Origin: Opitutus sp. GAS368
Lineage (GTDB): Bacteria > Verrucomicrobiota > Verrucomicrobiia > Opitutales > UBA953
Reading direction: 5' to 3'
DNA length: 45,504 nt
NCBI GenBank assembly: GCA_945906115.1
Contig: CAMDQP010000001.1
Coordinates: 1 to 45,504, forward strand
Made by a program: the position numbers and the translations under genes. Shown here one piece after another: positions 1 through 10,659 of this stretch. The notes below the pieces were generated by a model, which was not told the origin of the DNA, ran no database searches, and saw only the letters and a program-made list of their open reading frames with translations. Position 1 is the stretch's first letter; each line of letters opens with the position of its first letter.

Positions 1-184
1 CCGACTCCAGTAGGTCAAAGGGAGCCTTTTATTTGGGCTTCTGACATATCTCTGCCGGTCGTCTAGGTAGCTTGGTGGATGAGCCACCTAGCGCTAATAA
101 GGTCCGTTAGGATTGGTTAATAACGAATTTTTTACGATGAGGCATTGACTGAGGGGGAGTAGAGCCCCAAGCCCAACCTTTCGC

Positions 185-1969
185 ATGCAGAATTTCGCGA
201 GTCAGTGCCTGGACCAGACCAAGGCACTCCTCAAACTCAACTTCCACTCCCTTTCAGCCGATGGCACTGTCGTGCCAGTCGAAGGAGAGGTTTCTCGGGC
301 TGATGAGCCCGGCCACGCCGCCCTCGCCTTTGGGGAATACTTCCGTGCCACTGGGGAACTCCACCTCGACCGTCAGAATATCGCCGAGATTGTCGCCCGG
401 ACGATCACCGCCCAAGTCCGAATCAGCAAAGGGTCCGATAATGGCATGGCCTTCGCCTGCCTCGGCCTCCTCGCGTTCGGTCCGACCCGCGAACGCAACC
501 CGGTCTGGGAAATCCTCGACGAAGCCACCCGCGCCCTCATTGACGAGCGTCTCGCCATCGAGAACGACCATCATGACCACGTCCAAGCCTTTGATATCGC
601 TAAGGCTGTTTGCCGCTTCTCCTTTGGCCTGACCAAGAAGGACGAGACCGGCCCGCTGGTCGATCGTTTCATGGATCGCATCACCGCCGCTTCTACGGGC
701 GGATTCCAAGACGAAGCATCCAAGGGCGCCAACGCCGATAACTTTGGTGGCGCCTTCGATCTGTATGGCGTCGTCTCCCTGATCTTCATCCGTCAGTCGC
801 TCCAGCTGCACGCCAACATCCAGCTCCGCGACTCCAAGCTACCGAAACTGCGCTCGCTGGCCGAGAAATACATTCGTGTCATCATGGACACCGTCCGCGA
901 GGACGGCTTGGGCTGGTCTTATGGCCGTGGGATCGGCGCCTACGGCCAGATGCACTGCATCACCTTACTCCTGCAGGCCCTACGGGACCGCTGGGTGCCG
1001 ATCGACAAGGAAGCGCTGGCACGTGACCTGGTCCGTCGTCTTTACGCTAATTTCTTTACGACCTTCTTCGACACCGAACACGGCCTGATCATCGTCCGCG
1101 ATGCCGAGCGCGACACTATTCCGGGCCATACGACCCGCATGGCCAACTTCGACGCCGCTCGTTATCTCTCTCAGTGGTCGCGCCTCGCCAAGACCATTGG
1201 CGGCGACCTCGAAGTCGTCAGGCCAGCCAACCGTCAGGCAGTTTGTCGCTTCTTCTCTTTCGACAAGTCCCCACGCAAGGAACAGGGCCTGCTCTCCTAT
1301 CAGGATCCAACTTCTGGCCTGCATATCATCCTGCCGTTGGTGTCTTCCGGTTCGCACCGCTTCTCGGATTCACTGGCCTTCCCGCACATGCCCGGCGTCT
1401 TCGACTGGCCGTCCAATCAGCAGACCAGCCCATTCATTCCGGAATTTACCATCGCTGGTAAGGTCTACACGCCCTCCTTCTACGGAAAAAATGCCCAGGT
1501 CGCCATGGGCATCAAGGCTGGCACGTACCACTTCCGTTACGACCAGCCTGACCTGATTGACCGCGATGAGAAGATTTCCACCAACATCGCCTCCTTGAAG
1601 GTGGATTGGGAATTCAATGGGGGCCGCATCGTCGCCCGCTATACCCTGACTGCCAAGTCCGCTGTCATGCTCGAGGATTTCCGCCTGGTGCTCCCGATCG
1701 CCTCCACGCATTCACGCATGACTCCAGGCAACTCCCTCGTGCTCGGCGCCGAGTCCCATCGCTGCGAAGTGATCAAGGACGACTTCCATGCTACCTGGGC
1801 TGAGACCAAAGTCGTGAGCGATAGCCCCAAGCACCGTACCTGTTGGGGTAAAGTCCACTTCTACCAGACCTTGCAGCGGGACAAGTCGATGCCCTTACGC
1901 GCCGGCATGACCTACGCCTTTGAAATCGCCTACCAGCCCCACATCGTGCGGGCCGGGGACGCGGCTTGA
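185..1969 (+). CDS. Uncharacterised 594-aa protein; helical N-terminal half, beta-rich C-terminal half
   Basis: Long ATG..TGA ORF with the same C/G-ending codon bias as neighbours; no motif I can assign to a family. Confidence 0.85.
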   Translation: MQNFASQCLDQTKALLKLNFHSLSADGTVVPVEGEVSRADEPGHAALAFGEYFRATGELHLDRQNIAEIVARTITAQVRISKGSDNGMAFACLGLLAFGPTRERNPVWEILDEATRALIDERLAIENDHHDHVQAFDIAKAVCRFSFGLTKKDETGPLVDRFMDRITAASTGGFQDEASKGANADNFGGAFDLYGVVSLIFIRQSLQLHANIQLRDSKLPKLRSLAEKYIRVIMDTVREDGLGWSYGRGIGAYGQMHCITLLLQALRDRWVPIDKEALARDLVRRLYANFFTTFFDTEHGLIIVRDAERDTIPGHTTRMANFDAARYLSQWSRLAKTIGGDLEVVRPANRQAVCRFFSFDKSPRKEQGLLSYQDPTSGLHIILPLVSSGSHRFSDSLAFPHMPGVFDWPSNQQTSPFIPEFTIAGKVYTPSFYGKNAQVAMGIKAGTYHFRYDQPDLIDRDEKISTNIASLKVDWEFNGGRIVARYTLTAKSAVMLEDFRLVLPIASTHSRMTPGNSLVLGAESHRCEVIKDDFHATWAETKVVSDSPKHRTCWGKVHFYQTLQRDKSMPLRAGMTYAFEIAYQPHIVRAGDAA

Positions 1970-2045
1970 GGTCGGTTTCCCCGTCCGGCTAGCCTTCGGG
2001 GTTGTCCTAGGCCGTTACCGTGCCCTATTCCTAGGGTATCTTTTC

Positions 2046-3587
2046 ATGCCCATTCCGTTCTACATCACCACGGCCATCGACTACGCCAACGGTTCGCCGC
2101 ACCTCGGCCATGCGTATGAGAAAGTCCTCACCGACGTGATCTCGCGCCATATGCGCATGAGCGGCCGTAAGGTGCACTTTCTCACTGGTCTGGACGAGCA
2201 CGGCCAGAAGGTCCAGCAGACCGCCCTTAAGCGTGGCGTTGAACCCCAGGTCCTCGTCGATGAGATTGCCTCGGTCTTTAAGGGCATGCTCGCCGACCTG
2301 AATATCTCGCACGACGATTATATCCGCACGACCGAACCGCGTCACCAGAAGATCGTGCAGCAGTTCCTGCAGAAGCTCTTCGACCAAGGCCTGATTTATA
2401 AGGGGCAGAAGACCGACTGGTACTCCACCCGCCAGGAACAGTTCCTCACCGACAAAGATCGCGCCCCGGACGGATCCTGGCCCGAGATCTACGGCGAGGT
2501 CACGCAGACGACCGAGGAGAACTACTACTTCAAGCTTTCCCAGTTTCAGTCCTGGCTCGTCGAGCACATCAAGTCGCACCCTGACTTCATCACGCCGCGC
2601 TTCCGCCAGAACCAAGTCCTCGAGTTCCTGAAGGAGCCGATGAATGACCTCTGCATCTCGCGTCCGAAGTCCCGCCTGACCTGGGGTATTGAGCTCCCTT
2701 TCGATACCGCCTTCGTCACCTACGTCTGGTTCGATGCGCTGACCAACTACTACTCTGCCGTCGTCGACAAGGGGCTCTGGCCCGCCGACGTCCACGTCAT
2801 CGGTAAGGACATCCTGTCGCCGCCCCACGCCGTCTACTGGCCCTGCATGCTCAAGGCCCTCGGTATCGAGCCGCCGCGCCAGCTGCTGGTCCACGGCTGG
2901 TGGACCGTCAATAACCAGAAGGCTTCCAAGAGTTCCGGCAACGCCACCAACACCCTCGGCTTCGCCGCCTCCCACGGCGCCGACGCTTTCCGCTTCTACC
3001 TGTGCCGAGAGATGGTGGTCGGACAGGATGCAGACTTCTCGACGATCACTTTCGAAAACCGCTACAAGGCGGACCTCGGTAATAATCTCGGCAATCTCGT
3101 CAACCGTCTCCTCAACATGGTCGGCCGTAATTATGGCGGTTCGATCCCGGCTGCCAGCGCCGACGAAGATCTCGAAAAGAACCTCCGGCAGCTCTGGAGC
3201 GATTCCATCAAGAAGTACGCCGAGTCGTTTGCCGAATACCAGGTCAGCCACGCCCTCGAAGCCCTCTGGGTCTTCATCAGCGCCATGAACGCATACATCG
3301 AGGCCCGGGCGCCCTGGAAACTGGCCAAGTCCGCTGACGCCGCCGATCGCGCTCGCCTCGATTCCTGCCTCGCGCATGTGGCGGAAGGCCTTCGCTTGGT
3401 CGGCACAATCCTCACTCCGGTGATGCCGGCCACCTGCGACAAGCTGTTGGTCAACATTGGTCGCCCTGTCGCCACCCATTTCGAAGGCCAGCTGACGTGG
3501 TCCGCTGCCTGCACGGGCTCAAAGGTCGCCGAAAAGTGCATCCTTTTCCCGCCGATCGAGGCTCCGAGCGAAACTCCTTCGGCCTGA
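2046..3587 (+). CDS. metG: Methionine--tRNA ligase (short form, no C-terminal tRNA-binding domain)
   Basis: FYITTAIDYANGSPHLGHAYE (HIGH motif), GLDEHGQK, YVWFDAL, IGKDI, KASKS at the KMSKS position; start moved to ATG 2046. Confidence 0.97.
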   Translation: MPIPFYITTAIDYANGSPHLGHAYEKVLTDVISRHMRMSGRKVHFLTGLDEHGQKVQQTALKRGVEPQVLVDEIASVFKGMLADLNISHDDYIRTTEPRHQKIVQQFLQKLFDQGLIYKGQKTDWYSTRQEQFLTDKDRAPDGSWPEIYGEVTQTTEENYYFKLSQFQSWLVEHIKSHPDFITPRFRQNQVLEFLKEPMNDLCISRPKSRLTWGIELPFDTAFVTYVWFDALTNYYSAVVDKGLWPADVHVIGKDILSPPHAVYWPCMLKALGIEPPRQLLVHGWWTVNNQKASKSSGNATNTLGFAASHGADAFRFYLCREMVVGQDADFSTITFENRYKADLGNNLGNLVNRLLNMVGRNYGGSIPAASADEDLEKNLRQLWSDSIKKYAESFAEYQVSHALEALWVFISAMNAYIEARAPWKLAKSADAADRARLDSCLAHVAEGLRLVGTILTPVMPATCDKLLVNIGRPVATHFEGQLTWSAACTGSKVAEKCILFPPIEAPSETPSA

Positions 3588-3616
3588 TTGGACAATTCCC
3601 GCGGAGACCTTACCTT
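3588..3616 (+). promoter_or_regulatory. Putative sigma70-type promoter for a leaderless menF-like transcript
   Basis: TTGGAC-17nt-TACCTT-7nt-GTG(3624). Confidence 0.55.
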
Positions 3617-3623
3617 CCCGGCT

Positions 3624-4964
3624 GTGGATTCCGTCAAGACCATCGACGAAGTTGCCTTGCTGGCTGACGCTGAAAAGCGCGCCGCCGGTGAAGGGTTTGT
3701 CAGCTACACCTTTCCGGCGCCCGAACTCGATCCGCTAGCGGTGTTAGAGACGCTGAACGAACCGGCGCCGCGTGGGTATTTCGAAAATCCTTCGCGCAAG
3801 CGTTCCCATGCGGCCGGCGCGCCGCTTCGCCAATGGGCGGGACGTGGTGACCAGCGCTTCGTCGAAGCCGACAGATGGCTTCGCGCACTCGATGCCAGCC
3901 TGACCTGCGTCGGCCCGCGCCCACGCGTCATCGCGACGTTCCCCTTCTACCCCGGCAGCGACACCGATGGCGCGCAGGCCAAACTCTTCCTGCCTAGCTG
4001 GCAGGTCGTCAGCGAAGATGGCCTGACGACGGTCACCCTCTGCGAACTGGCTGCCCCGGGTTGTGCCGCCCGACTGGCCATCCGCGCAGAAAGCTTCCGC
4101 AAGTTCAGCTACCGCTCTAATCCCCCGCCGCCGCGCGCACCGGTACCGACCGTCCTTTCGGAAGTCGGCGGATCATGGTTCCCGTCCGCGGTCGTCCGCG
4201 CGACCGAGCTGATCAACGAGGGATCGTTCGAGAAGATCGTCTTATCGCGCGCCTTCGATTGGCGCCGAGCCGAGCCCTTCAGTGTCTACGCAACCTTGCA
4301 CCGCCTTCGTCGCGGCAATCCGCAGTGCCACACCTTCCTCGTCGACGAGGACGACGGCGCGTTCGTCGGCGCCACGCCCGAGACGCTCCTTTCCCTGTTC
4401 GACGGCTCCGTCCGTTCGGAATCCGTGGCCGGCACGACCCGTCGCGGCGAATCAGCCTCTGAAGACGCCAGCCTGGCTGAAGCCCTCCTGACCAGCGAAA
4501 AAGATCTGCGCGAACATAGCGCCGTCACCGCCTCGATCCTGCGGCGCCTGCGCATGGTCGGCGTGCTGGCCGCGACCTCGCGTAACGCCGAGCTCCTGCG
4601 CCTGGGCAACGTGATGCACCTGCGTACGCCGATTGAAGGTACCATGCCAATCGACCGTCGTTTCCTCGAGGTCGCCGGCGAACTTCACCCGACCCCGGCC
4701 GTCGGCGGTAAGCCGCGTGCGATGGCCCTTCCGTTCATCCCCGGATTCGAACCCCACCAGCGTGGCCTCTACACCGGTGCCGTCGGCTGGGTTCGTTCGG
4801 ATGGTGCCTCAGGCAAGCTCTTCGTCGCCCTTCGCTGTGCCCGGCTCAAGGGTTCCGAAGCCCGTGCTTTTGCCGGTGCTGGTATCGTAGCCGGCTCGAA
4901 TCCCGATGCTGAGTCGACGGAAACCGAGATGAAGCTACGCACGATCCTCGAAGCGTTGTTCTGA
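3624..4964 (+). CDS. menF: Isochorismate synthase (MST chorismate-binding family)
   Basis: FEKIVLSR, GATPETL, AGT, KDLREH, HPTPAVGG, RGLYTG, FVALRCA, FAGAGIV, ETEMK; GTG 3624 chosen from promoter geometry, alternative TTG 3588. Confidence 0.8.
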   Translation: MDSVKTIDEVALLADAEKRAAGEGFVSYTFPAPELDPLAVLETLNEPAPRGYFENPSRKRSHAAGAPLRQWAGRGDQRFVEADRWLRALDASLTCVGPRPRVIATFPFYPGSDTDGAQAKLFLPSWQVVSEDGLTTVTLCELAAPGCAARLAIRAESFRKFSYRSNPPPPRAPVPTVLSEVGGSWFPSAVVRATELINEGSFEKIVLSRAFDWRRAEPFSVYATLHRLRRGNPQCHTFLVDEDDGAFVGATPETLLSLFDGSVRSESVAGTTRRGESASEDASLAEALLTSEKDLREHSAVTASILRRLRMVGVLAATSRNAELLRLGNVMHLRTPIEGTMPIDRRFLEVAGELHPTPAVGGKPRAMALPFIPGFEPHQRGLYTGAVGWVRSDGASGKLFVALRCARLKGSEARAFAGAGIVAGSNPDAESTETEMKLRTILEALF

Positions 4965-4966
4965 GG

Positions 4967-5404
4967 ATGAAGGTCGTCCTCCAACGCGTGCTCTCGGCTT
5001 CCGTATCCGTGGAGGGAAGCACCACTGGCAAAATCGGCCCTGGCTACCTCCTGCTTGTCGGCTTGGCCGCCGGCGATGACGAAGCCACCGTCCGCAGGTT
5101 GGCTGCGGATGTCTCTAAGGCGCGTCTGATGCCCGACGATCAAGGTAAGATGGGCGTCAATCTTCGTGACGCCGGCGGACAGGCCTTAGCCGTGAGCCAG
5201 TTTACTTTGCTGGCCGATTTCTCCAAAGGAAACCGTCCGTCGTTCAATGGTGCCGCCAAGCCAGAAGTCGCCAAACCGCTGTTCGACTTGTTCGTCCAAG
5301 AACTTTCCACCCACCTTGGACGGCCCGTGCCGACCGGGGTCTTCGGTGCCGACATGCGGGTCGAACTCGTGAACGACGGTCCGGTGACCGTGGTACTTCA
5401 ATAG
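4967..5404 (+). CDS. dtd: D-aminoacyl-tRNA deacylase
   Basis: MKVVLQRV start, SQFTL, GNRPSF, FGADM, NDGPVT. Confidence 0.96.
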   Translation: MKVVLQRVLSASVSVEGSTTGKIGPGYLLLVGLAAGDDEATVRRLAADVSKARLMPDDQGKMGVNLRDAGGQALAVSQFTLLADFSKGNRPSFNGAAKPEVAKPLFDLFVQELSTHLGRPVPTGVFGADMRVELVNDGPVTVVLQ

Positions 5405-5452
5405 TTTAGGCTTAACCTCTGGCCCTGCCGTCCCACCCTCTGAAGTTCGCCC

Positions 5453-6211
5453 ATGCTTTCCGTCCGCATCATCCCTTGTCTCGACGTCCACGGCGGGCGC
5501 GTGGTCAAGGGCGTCAAGTTCGAGGAGCTGCGTGATGCCGGCGACCCGGTCGCCGTCGCGGCGGCCTACGAGAAGCAGGGCGCCGATGAGTTGGTCTTTC
5601 TCGATATCACTGCTTCCAGTGACGAACGTCGCACCATGGTCGACGTCGTTGAACGGACAGCTGACCAGGTCTTCATGCCGCTCACCGTCGGCGGCGGACT
5701 TCGTTCCGTCGAAGATATCCGTACGATGCTCAATGCCGGCGCCGATAAGGTCTCCCTCAACACCTCTGCGATTAAGGACCCCGACCTCATCCTGCAGTCT
5801 GCCCGTAAGTTCGGCAGTCAGTGCATCGTCGTGGCGATTGACGCGAAGAACGTCGGCCCGGGCAAATGGGAGGTCTTCACCCACGGCGGTCGCAACGCCA
5901 CGGGACTCGACGCCATCGAATGGGCCCGCAAGGCACACTCCCTCGGCGCCGGCGAAATCCTCCTGACCAGCATGGATCGCGACGGCACGGCCGCCGGTTA
6001 CGACATCCCACTCAATCTCGCCATCTCCTCGGCCGTCGAAGTCCCCGTGATCGCCTCAGGCGGCGCCGGCAACCTTGACCACATGGCCGACGTCCTGAAA
6101 CAAGGCGGAGCGAGCGCGGTCCTCGCTGCCAGCATCTTCCATTTCGGCACCTATACCGTCCGTCAGGCCAAGGAGCACCTACGTGCCGTCGGCCTGCCTG
6201 TCCGCCTTTAA
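5453..6211 (+). CDS. hisF: Imidazole glycerol phosphate synthase cyclase subunit
   Basis: [42 protein letters not shown]. Confidence 0.98.
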   Translation: MLSVRIIPCLDVHGGRVVKGVKFEELRDAGDPVAVAAAYEKQGADELVFLDITASSDERRTMVDVVERTADQVFMPLTVGGGLRSVEDIRTMLNAGADKVSLNTSAIKDPDLILQSARKFGSQCIVVAIDAKNVGPGKWEVFTHGGRNATGLDAIEWARKAHSLGAGEILLTSMDRDGTAAGYDIPLNLAISSAVEVPVIASGGAGNLDHMADVLKQGGASAVLAASIFHFGTYTVRQAKEHLRAVGLPVRL

Positions 6212-7524
6212 GCGACGGGCGTCGGGACGGCTTTCGGCATCACCAGGATCTTGTCTAGGCGGTGGCCATCCATGTCCACGACCTCGAAAATGTGACCCAA
6301 GGCCTCAACGCGGTCGCCTTCGGCGGGAATGCGACCGAGGGTGCGCATAATGAAGCCGGAGATTGCGGTGAAGCGGCCGGAACCTTCGCCTGGGAAACGA
6401 CCTATAATGCCCGTGGATTCGCGAAAATCGTCCAGTGAGACCGCAGCATCGACAATCCAGCTACCATCTTCACGACGGCGGATTGGCTTGGGCTGAGCGA
6501 TGGGTGAACCTTCGTTCGGGAGCTCGCCGACGACCGATTCAAGCACGTCGTTCAAGGAGACAACGCCACGGACCCGGCCGAACTCGTCCATGACCAGAGC
6601 GATATGAATCTTATCCTTGCGGAACATCTCCAGCAACTGCGACCCCGTGCAGTGGGTCGGCACGGTCGGAGGCTCGGTGAGCAAGTCCTTAATCGAGGCG
6701 GTGCCGACGAGTGAGAGGTTGGCCCAGAGACGTTTCACCGAAACGACGCCCAGCGGACGGTCTGGCGAACCTCGATAGACGGGAAACCAGGTGTGGCCCG
6801 AGGCCACGACCTTGCGCCAATTGACTTCGTCCGTGTCATCAAGGTTAAGCCAGACGACGCGATTACTCGGCGTCATGAGACGCTCGGCGGTGACCAGATC
6901 CAAGGATAAGGCTCCATGCACCATGCGATGTTCCGCCGCATGAAGTACGCCGGAAGCCATGCCTTGATCGACCATCATGCGCAACTCATCTTCGGACATC
7001 GTGTCTTCGGGCGTCCGCTTACGACCGAAGAGGCGCAGGATGATGTCGGCGAAGAAACCCAGCGTGCTAACTAAAGGCGAAGCCAGGAAAGAGATGGCTA
7101 TCATCGGACGGGACAGGAGGACCGCCAGGTTTTCCGGATTAGAGAGCCCGATTCGCTTGGGAACGATTTCGGCCAGAACGATAGTCAACGAACCAATCAC
7201 GAAAGAAACGCCCGTGCGGGAGATGGCGTCCGCGTTGTCATGCAGCCAACCCCAGTTGCTGGCCTCAAGGAACGGCCTGATATGCGTCGCCAGCGGCGCC
7301 CCGCCGAAGGTTGCCGCGATGATACTGCCGAAAGTCAGTCCGACCTGGACGGTAGAGAGGAACTTCGAGGGGTTAGCGAGGAGCTCTAAGGCCGCCTTCG
7401 CCCCCTTGCTGCCATCTTCGGCCAGACGGGTCAGCCGACGACGATTAGAGGAGACCAGCGCCATTTCCGAAAGCTCGAAAATACCGATGGTGGCCCAGCA
7501 GGCTAGTATGACGAACAATTCCAC
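6208..7524 (-). CDS. Hemolysin/CNNM family protein (DUF21 transmembrane + CBS pair + CorC domain), putative Mg2+/Co2+ transport-related
   Basis: [39 protein letters not shown]-terminal [16 protein letters not shown] start 7524 inferred. Confidence 0.9.
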   Translation of the reverse strand: MELFVILACWATIGIFELSEMALVSSNRRRLTRLAEDGSKGAKAALELLANPSKFLSTVQVGLTFGSIIAATFGGAPLATHIRPFLEASNWGWLHDNADAISRTGVSFVIGSLTIVLAEIVPKRIGLSNPENLAVLLSRPMIAISFLASPLVSTLGFFADIILRLFGRKRTPEDTMSEDELRMMVDQGMASGVLHAAEHRMVHGALSLDLVTAERLMTPSNRVVWLNLDDTDEVNWRKVVASGHTWFPVYRGSPDRPLGVVSVKRLWANLSLVGTASIKDLLTEPPTVPTHCTGSQLLEMFRKDKIHIALVMDEFGRVRGVVSLNDVLESVVGELPNEGSPIAQPKPIRRREDGSWIVDAAVSLDDFRESTGIIGRFPGEGSGRFTAISGFIMRTLGRIPAEGDRVEALGHIFEVVDMDGHRLDKILVMPKAVPTPVA

Positions 7525-7531
7525 GAAAAAA

Positions 7532-7594
7532 GGCCTAGGGACGACGGGACCATCAGTCAAATCCGCTTGTTCACATCCCGCCTCCCCCTACGGT
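7532..7594. promoter_or_regulatory. Back-to-back divergent promoters for the CNNM gene (-) and nadB (+)
   Basis: Minus: TTGACT(7560)-17-TAGGCC-7-GTG; plus: TTGTTC(7567)-16-TACGGT-10-ATG. Confidence 0.5.
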
Positions 7595-7604
7595 CTATCT
7601 CTTA

Positions 7605-9215
7605 ATGGCGACCCATTTCGAGGCAATCATCGTCGGCAGCGGCATCGGCGGGCTGAGTTTCGCGCTCAACCTCGCTCAGCGCGGGCATTCCGTCGCCATC
7701 GTGACGAAGAAGACGAGCTCGGAATCGAACACGAACTGGGCCCAGGGCGGCATCGCCTGTGTCACCGATAAGACCGATGACTTCCAGAGCCACATGAAGG
7801 ACACCCTGACGGCCGGCGATGGCCTCTGCGACGTCGATGCCGTGAAGCACATCATCGAGTCCGGACCAGACCGTGTCGCTGAACTCATCGCCTGGGGTGT
7901 CGAATTCGAGAACGGCACCGACGGCCGCCCCGATCTGGGACGCGAAGGAGGACATTCCCAGCGCCGCATCCTGCATGCCCGCGATATGACCGGGCGCGCC
8001 ATTGAATCCGCCCTGCTCCGCGCCATCGCCCGCTCACCGCAGGTGGTGATGCTCGAGCATCACCTCGTAATCGACCTCATCACTCGCGCCAAGCTCGGCG
8101 CCTGCCCGATCGGCGCTAGCGATGATCGCGTCCTTGGGCTCCATGTGCTCAACACCAAGGCTGGCCGGGTCGAGACGCTTTCGGCCGACGCCGTGGTCCT
8201 AGCTACCGGTGGCATCGGACAGGTCTACCAGTTTACGACCAATCCCGACATCGCTACCGGCGATGGCATCGCGATGGCCTATCGTGCTGGCGCCGAAGTG
8301 CGCGATATGGAGATGGTCCAGTTCCATCCGACCGCACTCAAGGCTCCAGACGGAAGTCGCGCGCTGATCTCCGAAGCCGTCCGCGGCGAAGGCGCCATCC
8401 TCCGCGACGTATCGATGCGGGCGTTCATGAAGGACTTCCACCCGCTGGGTGACCTGGCTCCTCGTGACATCGTGGCCCGCGCCATCGACTCAGTCATGAA
8501 ACGTGACGGCGCGCCGCACGTTTTGCTGGACGCCACTCAAGTGGCCAAAGGTCACTTCGCCGAACGCTTCCCGCATATCTACGCCACCTGCCTCAAGGCC
8601 GGCTTCGATCTCACGAAGGAGCCGGTCCCGGTGGTTCCCGCCGCGCATTATCTCTGTGGCGGTATCGCCACGGACCTCCGAGGTCAGACATCATTGCCGG
8701 GCCTTTTCGCCGTCGGTGAAGTCGCCTGCACCGGCCTGCATGGCGCCAATCGCCTGGCTTCCAACTCACTGCTTGAAGCGGTGGTGCTCGCCCATGACGG
8801 AGCCGCCGCCGCCCACGATGAAATCATCAGCAAGCTCAAGCCATCGTCGTCCCTGCCTGCCTGGATCGACGGATCGGCCGGCGATCCCGACGAACGCGTG
8901 GTGCTCACCCACAACTGGGATGAGCTCCGTCGCACGATGTGGGACTATGTCGGCATCGTCCGTTCCACCAAGCGCCTCCAACGCGCACGCACGCGTATCG
9001 GCACTCTGTCGGATGAGGTCCGGGAATATTACTGGAACTTCCGCGTCGAGCCACGCCTGCTCGAACTCCGTAACCTAATTCAGGTGGCCGAACTCATTAT
9101 CGACTGCGCGCTACAGCGTCGGGAGAGCCGCGGCTTGCATTTCACGCTCGATTACCCGGCTAAGCTGGCCGAAGCGCGCCACACTTCCGTGCGGCGACCC
9201 CAAGGTCGTCCATGA
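7605..9215 (+). CDS. nadB: L-aspartate oxidase
   Basis: GSGIGGL, WAQGGIA, REGGHS, QFHPT, LISEAVRGEG, LAPRDIVAR, AAHYLCGG, GLHGANRLASNSLLE, ESRGLH. Confidence 0.97.
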   Translation: MATHFEAIIVGSGIGGLSFALNLAQRGHSVAIVTKKTSSESNTNWAQGGIACVTDKTDDFQSHMKDTLTAGDGLCDVDAVKHIIESGPDRVAELIAWGVEFENGTDGRPDLGREGGHSQRRILHARDMTGRAIESALLRAIARSPQVVMLEHHLVIDLITRAKLGACPIGASDDRVLGLHVLNTKAGRVETLSADAVVLATGGIGQVYQFTTNPDIATGDGIAMAYRAGAEVRDMEMVQFHPTALKAPDGSRALISEAVRGEGAILRDVSMRAFMKDFHPLGDLAPRDIVARAIDSVMKRDGAPHVLLDATQVAKGHFAERFPHIYATCLKAGFDLTKEPVPVVPAAHYLCGGIATDLRGQTSLPGLFAVGEVACTGLHGANRLASNSLLEAVVLAHDGAAAAHDEIISKLKPSSSLPAWIDGSAGDPDERVVLTHNWDELRRTMWDYVGIVRSTKRLQRARTRIGTLSDEVREYYWNFRVEPRLLELRNLIQVAELIIDCALQRRESRGLHFTLDYPAKLAEARHTSVRRPQGRP

Positions 9216-10126
9216 AGATAGGTATCGTTGGAACGGGCGCCCTCGGAGGATGGTATGCCGCGCTGCTCGCGGAGGCCGGACACGAAGTGCACTGCCTTGC
9301 CCGGAGTGATTTCGATATTATCCAGCAGAACGGACTCACCATCCGGAACAAGAGCCAGGAAAGAATCGTGCGGGTCGCCGCCGCCTCGCCTGACGCCGCT
9401 TCAATCGGCCCATGCGATCTTATCGTCGTCACGATAAAATCGACCTCGAATCATGCCCTCCCGACGCTCGTGACCCCGCTGCTTGGCCCAGCCACGGTCG
9501 TCGTGACCCTCCAGAACGGCATGGGCAACGTCGAGGCTTTGGCCAAGCTGCTTCCCGTCGAGCGCATCGTCGCCGGCCTCTGCTTCGTGTGTATCAACCG
9601 CCTCGCCCCGGCCGTAATCGACACGACTCTCGCCGGTTACGTCCGGATGGCCGCCGCCACCGGCCCCATCAACTCTGCCGTCGAAACCTGCGTGGCCATT
9701 TTTTCAGGAGCCAGCGTGGATTGCCAGGCGGAGACTTCGCTCGAGTCCGTCCTCTGGAAGAAGCTTTGTTGGAATATCCCATTCAACGGACTCTCCATCG
9801 CGGGTGGCAGTATCACGACTGACCTCATCCTCGCGAACCCTGCGCTAAATGAGCGGGCCCACCTTCTCATGAAGGAGGTACAAGCGGCGGCTAGCGCCCG
9901 TGGCCATAGTTTCGAAGACACCCATATTAAACGTCAGTTCGTGGTTACGGTCGGGATGGGGCCCTATCGTCCCTCCAGCCTCATCGACTTCATGGAGGGC
10001 CGGGAGGTCGAAGTGGAGGGCATCTGGGGCGAACCGCTTCGACGCGGTCTAGCCGCTGGTGTGAAGATGCCGGAGACCGCAAAGCTGGTCGCCGAGATCA
10101 AGGCACGAATCGCCGCACGCAGGTAA
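9212..10126 (+). CDS. panE: 2-dehydropantoate 2-reductase
   Basis: GTGALG, IKS, LQNGMG, WKKLCWNIPFN, SSLID, EVEGI; ATGA overlap with nadB. Confidence 0.92.
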   Translation: MKIGIVGTGALGGWYAALLAEAGHEVHCLARSDFDIIQQNGLTIRNKSQERIVRVAAASPDAASIGPCDLIVVTIKSTSNHALPTLVTPLLGPATVVVTLQNGMGNVEALAKLLPVERIVAGLCFVCINRLAPAVIDTTLAGYVRMAAATGPINSAVETCVAIFSGASVDCQAETSLESVLWKKLCWNIPFNGLSIAGGSITTDLILANPALNERAHLLMKEVQAAASARGHSFEDTHIKRQFVVTVGMGPYRPSSLIDFMEGREVEVEGIWGEPLRRGLAAGVKMPETAKLVAEIKARIAARR

Positions 10127-10130
10127 GGCT

Positions 10131-10568
10131 TCAACGTCCGAGCATCCCTAGCCGCTCACGAACGAGGTCGGCGATACGCTCCTTGGACAGGAAGCTGGCT
10201 TGCGCATCAGAGATCACAACAAACGAGCCCAGCACCCTGCCGCTCCGGTCCACCAAGGTCAGGCGAAGCGAAACCTTGCCGACGGGAATGCCGGCGCTCA
10301 CCGGACGCGCGTACCAAGCGGCGTACAGGATCGCATCCGCTCCGGCCGGCTCCGTGGCCGCCACATATCCGCGGGACTGGAGCACCCGGACCGATGTGTC
10401 ATGGATGACGTCGCCGCAAAGGGCGAGGGCTGGCGAGGGGGCACCGATGGCTTCCTGGACGTAGACGCTTCGCACCAGGAGAGGCGGGGCGTCCGGACCG
10501 ACGCAGCCGGCCAGACCGAGCGCAAGGCAGCCCAGTAAGCGGCGGGTCACCTGCCTGAATCGGTGCAT
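10131..10568 (-). CDS. Putative lipoprotein, 145 aa
   Basis: MHRFRQVTRRLLGCLALGLAGC: basic N-terminus, hydrophobic stretch and LAGC lipobox; fills the gap between panE and the HAD gene. Confidence 0.72.
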   Translation of the reverse strand: MHRFRQVTRRLLGCLALGLAGCVGPDAPPLLVRSVYVQEAIGAPSPALALCGDVIHDTSVRVLQSRGYVAATEPAGADAILYAAWYARPVSAGIPVGKVSLRLTLVDRSGRVLGSFVVISDAQASFLSKERIADLVRERLGMLGR

Positions 10569-10659
10569 AACTTGTTTATTACCCGTTCTCGCCCCGGGAC
10601 AAGCAGGGACATGATGGGACCTGTTGACCTTTGGGGTCAGCATCACTCCCCTTAACGCA

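Noticed and set aside
1970..2045. Possible T-box or SAM riboswitch before metG (contains CTTCGG)
   Set aside because: Only 76 nt, no T-box or SAM consensus, weak stem
2031..3479. 482-aa antisense ORF opposite metG
   Set aside because: Shadow frame caused by strong C/G third-position bias; no recognisable motifs
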